DNA from: Octopus sinensis
Lineage: Eukaryota
DNA: 64,000 nucleotides
Reading direction: 5' to 3'
NCBI RefSeq assembly: GCF_006345805.1
Contig: NC_043021.1
Span: 28,334,001 to 28,398,000 of the forward strand
The notes below the pieces were generated by a model. That model was not told where the DNA came from. It ran no database searches and saw nothing but the letters and a program-made list of their open reading frames with translations. The position numbers and the translations under genes are program-made. Shown here piece by piece: positions 39,772 to 53,555 of the stretch; within the stretch, counting starts at the first letter, position 1; each line of letters starts with the position of its first letter.

Positions 39772-40894
39772 TGTTGGCATCCTTTTTGTCTCGGGAGACA
39801 ATGGAGTTGCGCATAAAGTAGTCTAGTCCGGCTTTTACATTTCATGTCCTGATATATTTCCTGCTGTGGCTGTGTAGTCCTATCCTGGACAAACACACCC
39901 TCTATTATTTTTGTAATTTACTTGATCTTTACTTGCCAATTGTCATTCTAATTTTAACCTTCCTATGATATGCAATTTTCAAGATGGTTGTATGTGATGT
40001 CTTGATTGATGGTTCATTTGAATCGATAGAAGGTGTTTTTTCTAATATTTCATGTATAAGCATGTGATATATATATAGTGACATTGAAGGACACATCTTT
40101 CGATTTACAATCTAATATAGTAGAACATTTAGTATATGTCTGAATATGTATATATATATGTGTGGTGTGTGTGTATATATTGCCTGTTATATACATTATA
40201 TTATTTTTATAATTTACTTATCTTTACTTTTTATTGTCACTTAATTTTAACTTTCCAATGATATACAATTTTCAAGATGGTGTAATTTAGTTGTTCATTT
40301 TGAACCGATAAAAGTTTTTTTTCAAATATTTCATGTATAAGCGTGTATATATATATATAGAGAGAAATTCGGGGTGAGTACTTGATAATTATAAGCACCT
40401 GTGTATACCGTTTGGTGGTGTAGGTGGTGGAGTAAATTGATCAAAATAAAAACATGATGCGAAGGATTCAGCGGTACATATGTTTCGGGCCTTTATTAGA
40501 CAGATTTATAACAATGCATAATGTATGTCTGTGGCCTTCTTCAGCCGCGCACAACAGCTTCCACAAGGACATGTGTTACATCAAAAATTCTTGGTTGGGG
40601 ATGCAAATCCTCTCATTCGCGTACGACATAATGCGGCAGCAGCATGGAATTGAAGCGTCCATCTCTTTCTTGGACGCTTCAATTCTATGCTGTTGCCGCA
40701 TTATGTCGTACGTGAATGAGAGGATTTGCATCCCCAACCAAGAATTTTTGATGTAACACATGTCCGTGGAAGCTGTTGTGCGCGGCTGAATGAAGAAGGC
40801 CACAGACATACATTATGCATTGTTATAAATCTGTCTAATAAAGGCCCGAAACATATGTACCGCTGAATCCTTCGCATCATGTTTATATATATAT

Positions 40895-40969
<75 letters not shown>

Positions 40970-41384
40970 GTATAAATATCAACACAATTTTTTTACCCTC
41001 CTCCTTATTTTTTTTCTTTTTTGTCTCTCTCCCCTTCTCTAAACACACAGACACATGCACACGCACACACACACACGCACACACACACACACAAACACAC
41101 ACGGACACACACACAGACACACCTCCACAAAACGATCATAAAAAGTGGAATGAATTCTTAAACCCAAAAAGACATTTAACCATTCTCACAATGATAAAAG
41201 GAAATATAATTTATGGCCTACCTCCCCGCCACCACACACTCAGTGACACTGTGAAGTGGTCAAAGCTGAAATTCTTAGAACCCCCCCCTGGAGTCAATAT
41301 TCTGTCCAGCAGACCAAAAAAAAATTATTTCCTCTCTTCCCTCTCCCTTCCCCTCTTTCTCTTTAGCTCTCACCTCAGATACAA

Positions 41385-41416
<32 letters not shown>

Positions 41417-41672
41417 ATACACACATGTTCTCTCTCTCTCACATTCTCCTCATCCACCTCACCCTCTTGTACTGTGTTATTCCTCCCCACCACTACGAAG
41501 CTCTATCAAATGATTAAAATTCCCCACAAAGGAACTTATTTTGATTTGAAAACCCCACTAGAATGGGAGAAAGCGATCATAATCTAAGTGATATGATATA
41601 TATATAAAAAATGTAATATATAAATAAATATCTGTAAATATAAACCATCCGATCTTCTGATTACCTCATTTC

Positions 41673-41685
<13 letters not shown>
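39241..41685. repeat. About 320-bp inverted repeats (39241-39560 / 41385-41685) enclosing duplicated segments and a palindrome
   Basis: tattagaagaaatgaggtaatcagaagatcggatggtttatatttacagata...ctttctcccattctagtggggttttcaaatcaaaataagttcctttgtg; reverse complement at 41525-41680. Confidence 0.9.
40450..40884. mobile_element. Near-perfect palindrome (about 212-bp arms, 9-nt spacer) with HHR in each arm
   Basis: Minus arm gcgg-CTGAAGA-aggcc...ggccc-GAAAC-atat-GTA-ccgc (40471-40548); plus arm carries a tgaa duplication in the core. Confidence 0.85.
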
Positions 41686-41704
<19 letters not shown>

Positions 41705-41866
41705 GTAATAATTGAGTAGTTGAATTAATTATCTTATTATGGATAATTCGGTTAACCGATACCTGGGTAGCAAATTCACGTCAGAAAAACACGATTGAAG
41801 CTACATGCCTAGGGCAGAGATCACGTGCTATCGTGTGGAAATTTGTGTATTTTTTTAAATACAAAT

Positions 41867-42252
41867 AAATGAAAGAATGGAGTTAAAGGACGAATTAACA
41901 AAATTCCTTTATTTTATTTTCGACATATGTTTCGAAGGCTACATATTCCTAATTTCGAAGGAATAAGGGGTGCATTATGCCGCCTTCTCATCAGGAAAAA
42001 CAAGGAACTTATGTCAGCATCAAGATGCACAAAAACTTTTAGATGGCTGCCCACACGGAGCCTATAGCGATATTATCTAAAAGTTTTTGTGCATCTTGAT
42101 GCTGACATAAGTTCCTTGTTTTTCCAGATGAGAAGGCGGCACAATGCACCCCTTATTCCTTCGAAATTAGGAATATGTAGCCTTCGAAACATATGTCGAA
42201 AATAAAATAAAGGAATTTTGTTAATTCGTCGTTCAACTCCATTCTTTCATTT
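41867..42252. mobile_element. Near-perfect palindrome (about 178-bp arms, 30-nt spacer) with HHR in each arm
   Basis: Minus arm ttttc-CTGATGA-gaaggc...gccttc-GAAAC-atat-GTC-gaaaa (41917-41999); plus arm has CAGATGA. Confidence 0.85.
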
Positions 42253-44844
42253 TATATATATATATAGTGTTATATTTCCTGCTTTTCAGCACGAAACGTC
42301 TATGAGAGATGCTGCCTCAAGGCAAATACCCTTAAGTTTTGTGGCTTTATGCAGTATTTGCTCGTATATAACTGTACAGAATGCTATTTTGACCTAAGAG
42401 TACTTTCATCGTTGGTAACAAATATATGTACAAGTACGTCCGTACTTATCGGTGCGTGTGTTAACTAGCCTGCGTCCTTTTTGTTTCAGAGTCTGACAAA
42501 TGGCGTCAATTTGTATTGAATTGACTTTGCGATTTGGCGCACAAGGACCAATTTACAGGATGTTCCTGCATCGCATTTGCGAGTAAACACATAAGATCAC
42601 ACACATACACATGACACACACATACACATGACACACACATACACATGACACACACATACACACAAACACAGGTATGTATTAGTACATACACTCACACACA
42701 AGTCTGTTTGTATCAGTGTATGTAAGCATGTAAGTATGTATGTATGTATTATAGAGTGAGTGTGTAATTCAGAGAAGTGCTCAAATGAGCGTGAACTTAA
42801 ATTCCATGTTTTCCATGTCCCATGACATCGAAAGAAACTTAAAGGGCAATCTAAATCAAACTCTTATAAGGGTGGTAAGATAGAAAACCCAGTTTAGCAT
42901 GAGACGCATATTTACATAGAGCAAAAACTACAGACTATGAAATAAAGAAAAATAAACTATGTAATGAAAAACATTTTGTAATGTCTAACAACTGTTTCCG
43001 GAGGCCAGACTTACGGAATAAACATATTCATCAGTGATATGTGCATGGTGTATGTGTGCGATCATTGACCAAAACAGAACAGATTAAATTGTTCGGTAAT
43101 TTAAGTCTCCTTGTTTTAAAGAAGAGAGTGTTTAATAATATTTACAATTATAAAGATTTAAAGGGAAGAGAGAGGGATACGGGTTGAGGGAAGTGGACGG
43201 AGTGAGAGAAAGAGAGAGGGGGAGCTAGCTATGAGGCTAGGCAGGATGAAGCACAATGAAACAAATATCAGATATAAAAAAGATAAAGTTAATAGCTAAG
43301 CGAAAGAAATTGTAGTCAGATCAACCTGACAGGGATCAAAGTAATCGTACTTCGATAATAAAAAAAGTGGGGTTAAAGTTCTCAGAAGCAATAGACGTTG
43401 AGGTATTGGAAGATTAAGTGTAGAATAGTAACAGAGAAGAGAAAAGAATTTTAGAAAAGATGAAGAGTTATTAAAATGACTTTACATAATGAGCAAAGGT
43501 GTTAATGAATTTGTGTCTGCATGAGATTACGTTAGAGAATCGATGAAGTATTGTTAGCGATTTCTGGCAGTTGTAATTTATAAACGCAAAGGTTAACGTT
43601 GTATGGGGCTTCACCACAAACTACTGACCAGCCTTAGATATACGATATGTCCTGGGATTTGGAGCGGTGTATATAGGCGGCTAAGGACGTAGATATTTTT
43701 AGAAGCCCAATTTGAGAAGGAGCGCTGCTAAGCAACGTAGTATCGCTTGAAGTCGATGACACGCCCTCAGAAAACCATAGCCTGGTGAGACCATGGAGTT
43801 GTGACCAGACATTTATATACCCATTTTAAGGAATTTGGAGGGAGACTCGCAACTACAAGTTGTCGAGTAACCTACGCTGCTCATTCAATACGATCGCTTA
43901 TATTAGAGGTAAGGACAGGGATGTTCTACTACGTCTCAACTTTAGAGGTAGGAGGAGTTTGATGATCAGGGAAAGGTAAATCTAGCTTGTAGTTTTAGCC
44001 AATAGGCGGACCTAGTTGATATCGGTTACCTTGGGTAGTATTTATATCGGGGGCGCGGCTACTGAGGTTAGGAAGAACAGGACTTCGAAGATCAGTATTA
44101 GAATTCATTGCTATATAATACAAAAGTAGTACGAGGATTTCGAATGTGGGTTAAAATCCTCTCTGATTAGGCTATATATGAGTTAATGGAAGTATTCATT
44201 CGCAAGGATTACAGCAGTTTATGCCGCTGATTGCAAGGGCATTCGTGTCATCCCCGATATTGCAATGCTAAGCAGGATTTCCCAAAATTATGGTGTTATT
44301 ATTGACTTGGTTGAGGTGAGGGCCAATATGGTTGATTCAGCGGACTCGTAGTCAGTAGGTTAATTTTGCGTCTGTTAGAAGCTGAAATCTCAAATACGAT
44401 GTTAGGGAAGATGAAAATTTAACCAATGGCTTGTTTAAAATGTAATAAGAATTATGGTAGGGTGGGAAATTGAGCATCCGGTTTTAAAGAACACTACGCG
44501 AACAATGGGATCTCACATTTTCTCCCGTGAAAGGTATTACTATTTCTGTGTGGGTAGGCTGGTTTGGCTGGGTTTCTCGGAATTTATTCGACCTCAGGGC
44601 TGGCCGGTGTAGTGGTCCAGTGTTAGACCCGAGGAACCTTACTACAATTGTAATGTCTTTGTCTACTTTACTACATCTATATATGTATCATATGTATGTG
44701 TGTCTACACAGGCACACACACGCGCACACATATATGTATGTGTATATATATTATATACACTATATATATATACATGATGTGTGATGTATAATGTATAAGA
44801 TATATATATATATATAGAAAGAGAGAGGGAGAGATACATAGAAA

Positions 44845-44878
44845 GTTGGATAGATGATAGATAGATAGATAGATAGAT

Positions 44879-44953
<75 letters not shown>

Positions 44954-45235
44954 TGAATACATATATTGATAAGTGCCGCCAGAGTTCCGTCGGATGTTTC
45001 CTTCAAGCTTAACGAAAAAAAAAAAAAAAGAATACTCCATATCTCCAGCAGCAAAATCCTTCGAAGTCACTGTTTCTTTTGTCACATTACCCTCTCCAGT
45101 ACAAGACTTCACAGATATTACACTCTATCTTCAATCTCATATTAACTAAATCCTCGACGTTTTAATACATAGAAAATACATGTCTATATATTCATGCATA
45201 TAGGGTTATACATATGTTCTGTGTGCGTGTCTGTC

Positions 45236-45326
<91 letters not shown>

Positions 45327-46088
45327 GTGTATGTGCGTGTGTATGCGTGTATATGTGTATGCATACATTGTGTATGTATGTATATGTGTGTATATATATA
45401 TACATATGTACATACATATATATATACATATATATATGTATATCCATATATATATTAGTATATACACACAGACATACGCACATATATATCTGCATAAACA
45501 CATATATACATGCAATCTTACATACATATATATACTCACATGCGTGCGGGCGACACACATACACACACCACACACACACATTTATATATACGTGGAAGTT
45601 AATGAGAAAAAGACAGAGACTGTATACACTTGTGTATGTCTGTATGTTTGTGTGTGTATGTATCTGTACGTTGCAGCGTATACGCGCACGTGTGTATATA
45701 CGCGCGCGCTCGCGTGAGGAGAGGGCAGAGGAGGAAAAAGAAGGAGTAACATTAAAAGATGGAAAGACAAGGAAGAAAGTTAAACAGAAAGGAAGAGTAC
45801 GACGTGGATCGAACACTAAACGGCATGTTTACGACTGCCACCACCTGTAATAAAGCCTAGGCACCTTTTCCTCCCATCAACTTTTGATCCTACTCCGAAC
45901 AGGCATCGTTTACCCATCACCTTTTCAATGGTTGAATGGTTTTATTAGGAATTCTGTTGTTTTTTGTCAATTAGGATTGACGCGTTTCATTAATTATAAT
46001 TTCCACGCACTTGTTCCATCGCTACCACCCCCTCCACCGTAACTCCCACTACTGCTGTCACCTACTCTGTGCGTTTATCTACTGCATG

Positions 46089-46122
<34 letters not shown>

Positions 46123-47490
46123 GGGAAAGATAACGTGTGGGGTTGTGTGAGTGTGTGTGTGTGCGTGTGTTATGCATGTGTGTGTGTGCGTGTGTGTGCG
46201 TGTCTATCTGTTCGTGTGTGTGTGTGTGTGCGTGTGTATGTTATTGTCTCTGGCTCTTCGACTTCAATTTTTTTCTGTTCTCACTGCTTCCCTCCCACCA
46301 TTACTCCCAGACTGACTCTCTCCCTCTCTGTCATATTCTGTAGCTAATCTCCCCCTCTCTCTCATCCCGACTACCTCTCTCCTTCTTTCTGTCGTTCTCC
46401 CTCTGTCACCATCCCAACGTCTCTATCTTTCTCTATATCTATCTATCTATCTATCTATCTATCTCTATATCTCTGTATCTTCTTCAATCTCGTTTTCTTT
46501 TTCATTACTTCCTCTCTCTCTGTTCTTACCCTCCTTCTATTCTCTCTGTCTGCCTCTCTCCCCCCCTTCTCTCCATCTCTCTGTCTTTCTTGATATTTGT
46601 CTCGTTTGTCATCCCTTCCCACTCTCCAAACATCTCTCTCTCTCTCTCTCTCTCTCTCTTTCATTCACTCTCGTTTCATGATCGCTCTCCTCGCGCTCTC
46701 CCTCCTATAACATAACTTTCTCTATTATCCGCTTCATCTCTCTAAACGCCTCCCTTTTCCACTCTCCCTCTCCTGCTCTCCATCACTCTCAATACTCACC
46801 TCATTTCTTACACATTCTCTCTCTCTCTCTCTCCCTCTCTCTGTTGTCTCTTTGTGTTATTATCATTATTATTACTATTATTATTATTATTATCACAACT
46901 TGTCATTTGTCTCTGCTATATTTATCAACTCTACGGATTCTGGGGACGACAAAAAACAACAACAACAACAACAACGCAAACCAGCGGTAGGACCACGTTT
47001 CATTCTTAAATTCGCATATTTATTCACTATATACGCATATATATATATATGCATAAATATTTATGTGCGCGTGTATGCGCGTGTGCGCATGTGTGCGTGT
47101 GTGCGTATGTGTGTGCGTGTTCGTGTGTGTGCGCGTGTGTTCGTCTACAAATAATATATATGTAATATACATGTATTATAGAGATGGTAACAATATATAT
47201 ATATTATATATATATATTATATATATATATATACATATATACATACATATATATACATATATACATACATATATATACATATATACATACATATATATGT
47301 ATGTATATATGCATGCATGCATCGCATAATATATATATTGTGTGCGTGCTTGTATGTATGTGTTATATGTAATTATGTGCACTTCCATTTTAGCCCTTGC
47401 AACTATAAACAACACACACACACACACACACACACACACCACACCACACACACATATCTATAAACGTATATATTATATAATATATTATAT

Positions 47491-47544
<54 letters not shown>

Positions 47545-47768
47545 ATAATATATATATTATATATATATTATATTATATATATATATATGCACATATGCAT
47601 CTAAGCATAAATACATACATTTCTATGTAAACAACTTACATACACTACAGAAAGCGCGCTCTCAACAAGCCGTTTATCGTAAAAATTTTGATAAATTTCT
47701 TAATTTGAATGAAAATTTATTATCATTATCCTTAAAATAATAATAAAATGATAATAATAATAATAATG

Positions 47769-47811
<43 letters not shown>

Positions 47812-47868
47812 TAATAAAAATAATAATAATTATTATTATTATTGTTATTATTATTATTATTATCATCG

Positions 47869-47932
<64 letters not shown>

Positions 47933-48119
47933 TACTATTATTATTATCATTAATATTATTATAGTTATTGTCATCCGCCTCATCATCATCATCACACCGT
48001 CATCCTCATCCTCTTCATCACCGTTACCTTCATCATTTTTCTTACAGCACGTTCTCGTTTATACATGCGCACACATACATACTCGCATACACATATATGT
48101 TTATATTCAAATGTATATA

Positions 48120-48189
<70 letters not shown>

Positions 48190-48330
48190 CGCGTGTGTGA
48201 GACTGTGTATGTGTATATATGTATATATATATATATATATATAAGTACACATATACATATATGTAACATACATTTATTATTGAATAGGTAACACTATATA
48301 TATATATACATACATTCATGCATGCTTATA
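44845..48330. repeat. Dense low-complexity block: (GATA)n, (TA)n, (TG)n, (CT)n, (AAT)n/(ATT)n
   Basis: Directly visible tandem repeats interspersed with short unique segments. Confidence 0.9.
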
Positions 48331-49655
48331 TGTGTGTGTATGTTTGTTTGTTTGTATGCGTATATATGTAATTAGGCACGCATTCATTTTAGTCCTGCAT
48401 ACATAAACGTATATACCCGCATATACACCCATTTATTCACAGCTGCATAGATGCATACCTACATATAAACAAATTTGGAGATTAGTCTTCCGGTGTCAAT
48501 GATATAAACTGCAGCTGTAATCTGTGGTCGGTTGAATTGTCTGTACTCAGCCACCATAGACAATTTTCCTGGTGGCTGAGTACATGTTGTTATTATCATT
48601 GTTGTTTTTATAATTATTATCATTCATCCGGCTTTGTGCTAAAATTTTAAATCATCATCATTATCATTATTTATACATTCATCGTCGCTGTCGTCGTCAT
48701 CGTCATGAGGATAGTGGCTATCGAAATTTAAAAGGTACACAAATGCACTTCATATTGGTATCCTGTCAATTTCTCCGTAGATTCTGTTCTTCAAATGTTT
48801 TTATATTTTACCTTAACTGGATAAATACGCGAATAGTACAGAGGGCGTTTAGCTGATTAATACGAATATGCACCACACCACTCTTACCGAAATTTCTGGT
48901 AACATGCGTGATCCTTCAGATTGGAGAACAACAGATGGTTGAGGGATTTTGCCTTTAATGGTCAGATTGATGTTGTATCCCTAAGGTTCTGTGTTTGGCT
49001 CTAAAAACTATCTTTTATCAAGAGGGCGGCATAATCTTTTCATCTATGTGTAAATATATCACGCCTGTGCTCCTGCTATTTTTCTTGTCTGATATTCCGT
49101 AAAGGCTTACCCAAATTAAAACATGTTTGGCAATGCTCCCATCACCTGACGGCCTATCTTTACAAATAAACAGAAATCATTCTCTTATATGTTGGTTATG
49201 ACTAAGGCAAGATGAGAGTGAAAATTTAAGAAGGCTGAAATAATTTACAGAATGACTTTCATCTCCGGTCAAATCGTATTCCAATTATTTTATGTTCCAG
49301 AAGCAATGGAAAAGAAGGATTGATAAGGAGAGCTCTGGGCTTATGTAACTGGAGCAGTAATAAGCATGCGCATGTAGATTGGCGAACAACTGTTACGCGA
49401 GGGATCGTACTCTGCTCTTCGTGGTCAGGGTAGACCTCTTCTGGATCCGTGGGGCAGGAATCCTTGATTGGACATAGCTAGATGTTCGCCTCCCTCTGGA
49501 GAATTGAATTATTTAGTGTTAGCGTTTTATGTATATTAACAATACCTTGATCCGATTTCTCACACTGCTCTCATGTTCCTTTCACTAGTTTTTAGGTAAA
49601 CCCAGCACAAATTATAAGTTGCCCTTATGTCCGCTATATGTGGGAAATCAAAGCA

Positions 49656-49739
49656 ATCATCATCATCATCATCATCATCATCACCATCATCATCATCACC
49701 ATCATCATCATCGTCATCATCGTCATCATTATCATCACC

Positions 49740-49791
<52 letters not shown>

Positions 49792-49880
49792 CTATCATCA
49801 TCATCATCATCTTCTTCTTTTTCTTCTTCTTCTTCTTCTTCTTCTTCTTCTTCTTCTTCTTCTTCTTCATTGTCATCACC
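49656..49880. repeat. (CAT)n/(CTT)n microsatellite
   Basis: Directly visible. Confidence 0.95.
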
Positions 49881-50325
49881 ATAAACAGTGGTATCGACAT
49901 TATTCTTATTTCATCCTCGGTCCGTGCAGACACCACCGTCAGAATTAGAACCTGAAAAAAAAAAAAAAAAGACTCGACAATAGGAGAATAATTCTTAAAT
50001 GTCAGTTGTTATTGATTTCACCTCCTTTAAACCACACCTGTGGTCTTACTCTACCTTAGCAAATGTTCTTTTCTTATCTTCATAAGTTGCATACAATATT
50101 TCTCATTTCCATTTCTCTCTCTGCATCTCTCTGTCTGTGTATAAATATATGTCATCTCTCTCTCTCTCTCTCTCTTTCTCTCTTTCTCCCTCTTTCTCTA
50201 TCTATCTATCTTTTGTACGCTCTTTCTTTCTTTCTTTCTCTCTCTCTCTCTCTCTCCTCTTTCTCTCTTTCTCTCTTTCTCCCTCTTTCTCTATCTATCT
50301 ATCTTTTGTACGCTCTTTCTTTCTT

Positions 50326-50368
<43 letters not shown>

Positions 50369-50562
50369 ATATGTACATATATACACTTACACACACACCT
50401 CTGTTATTTTTAATCGGCAAAATAATCTTAGGTGGCGAGAGTACTGAGTGTGTATTCTGGTTCGAACGCTCAGCCCTTGATGCACTTTTACGACTCGCAA
50501 CCCACTAAAGATATCGAAGAGGAGAAACATGCATATACTGGGTGTTATGCACGTACGCACAT

Positions 50563-50611
<49 letters not shown>

Positions 50612-50667
50612 ATATGTATATATGTATGTATACATGCATACATACATACATACATACATACATACAT

Positions 50668-50748
<81 letters not shown>

Positions 50749-50814
50749 TATATACACACATATAAACGCATACATAATGTTTGCAGAGATACACATACTC
50801 ACAAGTATGTATCT

Positions 50815-50939
50815 GTAGCTGTACGGTAAGAAGCTTAACTCCCAACCACATCGTTCCAGGTTCAGTCCCCTGCCTGGCACCTGGTGCAAGTCTCTTCTAC
50901 TAAAGCCTCTGCCCATCATAGGAAACCCGGAAACCCGTC

Positions 50940-50973
<34 letters not shown>

Positions 50974-51004
50974 CAGAGAGAGAGGGGTGGGGAGGATTGA
51001 TAGA

Positions 51005-51074
<70 letters not shown>

Positions 51075-51457
51075 TGATTGATTGATAGATAGATAGATCG
51101 ACGTTGAAAATGCACTGAGAATAGTTAACATTTCCTTATATTATCATATAATAAGATTATATTTTATTATACTTAAGACAGTTGCGGCATAACCGACGTC
51201 TTTCTATCTCAACTTTTGAAAATCAGTGTAAAATGTGAAACCAGTTAAATCATTAAATATAATAAAAATAATTTTAGCTATTCACAATGCTTTTCCAACT
51301 CCTATTTTTTCTATATTTCAATCCATGTGGAATAAAATAACTTTATTTTCCCTACACATACATACACATGCATGCATACAACCATACATACAAACATACA
51401 CATACATACATACATGCATACATTCATACACACGCACACATACATACATGCATACAT

Positions 51458-51496
<39 letters not shown>

Positions 51497-51507
51497 CATA
51501 CATACAT

Positions 51508-51538
<31 letters not shown>

Positions 51539-51662
51539 TACATACATACATACATACATGCATACATACATACACACACACACATACATACATACATACA
51601 TACATGCATACATTCATACACACGCACACATACATACATACATACATACATACATACATACA

Positions 51663-51694
<32 letters not shown>

Positions 51695-51910
51695 AATGTG
51701 TATGTGTCACTGTGTATGTTTCCCCAGCAATTTGAAAACCCGGTGTTGGTTTGTGTATGTCCGAGTAGCCTAACGGTTCCGCAAGAGAGCAATGAAAGAA
51801 GCTTCAGGTCCCAAAAAAGTACTGGGGTTAAATTATTTGAGCAAAAACACTTCAAAGTGCAGCCCCAGAATGGCCGCAGTCCCATGACTGAAACAAGTAA
51901 AATATAAAAG
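50815..51910 (+). mobile_element. Diverged SINE family A: head 50815-50940 and 3' half 51695-51910, separated by microsatellites
   Basis: ggtaagaagcttaactcccaaccacatcgttccaggttcagtcccc; tggccgcagtcccatgactgaaacaagtaaaa. Confidence 0.65.
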
Positions 51911-52082
51911 TTTATGTGTGTGTGTGTGTGAGTGTGTGTGTGTATGTATAACAAATAACGATATATATATATATGTGTGTGGGTGTCTGTGTGTATACAT
52001 GTGCATATATATATATATAATATATATATATCCCCATGTATCTATCTATTTATCTATCAATCTTTATAACAACAACAATAAC

Positions 52083-52151
<69 letters not shown>

Positions 52152-52724
52152 TATGATGCAACTCAGAAAATCTATCTCACTAGTTAGTATCGATAAAACG
52201 GTACCCAGCATAATGAAATAGTAGCTTTATTTGCACACCCGTAACGCTATCTAAACGAATTGCATATATATATACACACACTTTCTTTCTATAAGTAACA
52301 AGTAATCGCTAAGCCGTGCTCTAGTATCCCATAGGAAAACTCCTCCACATACACAACTCCATAGTAATTGCATAGCTTTTCGCACAAACACCCTGCGACT
52401 AACAGACGGATATAGACATTACAAAGCTCCACAGCATTGCATGTGTATGCAATGCCTCACACAAAGCAAGTTTCTCACAACCACATTCACTTCTAACTGA
52501 CAACTGTAATTCATACGCAGACACATGATGAGAAAAACATACTCCATTCGCTCCCATCTTCCATCAAGAATTTACTTGCACACATCGTCTGGCACCGGTT
52601 CAGTTTTGAACTTCTATAAAATTATATTTTGACCATAACCTTACACTAACTTTAAATCTGTGACCATAACTGTCCGTTTGTGCTGGTTAGTGTATACATA
52701 CGAACGTACATACACACAGACATA

Positions 52725-52787
<63 letters not shown>

Positions 52788-52971
52788 TATATATACATAT
52801 ATACATATACATATATATGTGTGTACATGTGTGTATATATATATATACATATACATATATATGTGTGTACATGTGTGTATATATATATATACATATATAC
52901 ATATACATATATATACATGTGTACATACATAAATAATATATATATATATATATAATATGTATGTATGTATG

Positions 52972-53030
<59 letters not shown>

Positions 53031-53055
53031 GTATGTATGTATGTATATATATATA

Positions 53056-53265
53056 AGGCGAACTAGCAGAAAAGGTAGCGCACAGGACGAAATGCTTAGC
53101 GATATTTCGTCTGTCTTTACGTTCTGAGTTCAAATTCCGCCGAGGTCGACTATGTCTTTCGTCCTTTCAGGGTCGATAAATTAAGTACCAGTTGCGTACT
53201 GTAGTCCATGTAATCGACTGGCCCCACCTCCGCCAAAATTAGGGGCCTTGTGCCTAGAGTAGAAT
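53056..53265 (+). mobile_element. SINE family B, full length
   Basis: aggcgaactagcagaa..ctgagttcaaattccgccgaggtcgac..cctttcagggtcgataaattaagtaccagttgcgtact..ccttgtgcctagagtagaa. Confidence 0.9.
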
Positions 53266-53414
53266 ATTTATATATACGTGCGCGTATGTGTGTGTGTGTG
53301 CGTGTGTGTGAGAGAGTTTATATATATATATATATAGTGATATGCGATATTTGCACATTCACATAGATAATATATACATAATTTTGTAGATATATTCAAC
53401 ATATATACATGCAT

Positions 53415-53555
53415 TCGGCAAGAGTGACCGATAGAATAAGTACTAGGCTTCTAAAGAATAAGCCCTGGTGTCGATTTGCTCGACTAAAGGCAATGCTCCA
53501 GCATGGCCACAGTCAAATGACTGAAAAAAATAAAAGAAAGTAAAAGAAAGAAAGT
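53415..53555 (+). mobile_element. SINE family A 3' fragment
   Basis: ccgatagaataagtactaggctt..gctccagcatggccacagtcaaatgactgaaa. Confidence 0.8.

Noticed and set aside
48780-49600. Unique segment with a minus-strand CQTC as a gag knuckle
   Set aside because: The His/Cys of CCHC are missing and the frames are closed.
49619-49955. Poly-His ORF as a cephalopod histidine-rich beak protein (also 58200-58786)
   Set aside because: Pure (CAT)n/(CAC)n repeat with no signal peptide or Gly/Ala-His repeat motif.
50150-50370. Tandem CT-rich duplication (and TA/TG duplication at 52795-52925) as a CRISPR-like or functional array
   Set aside because: Only two to three low-complexity units without unique spacers; ordinary slippage in eukaryotic DNA.
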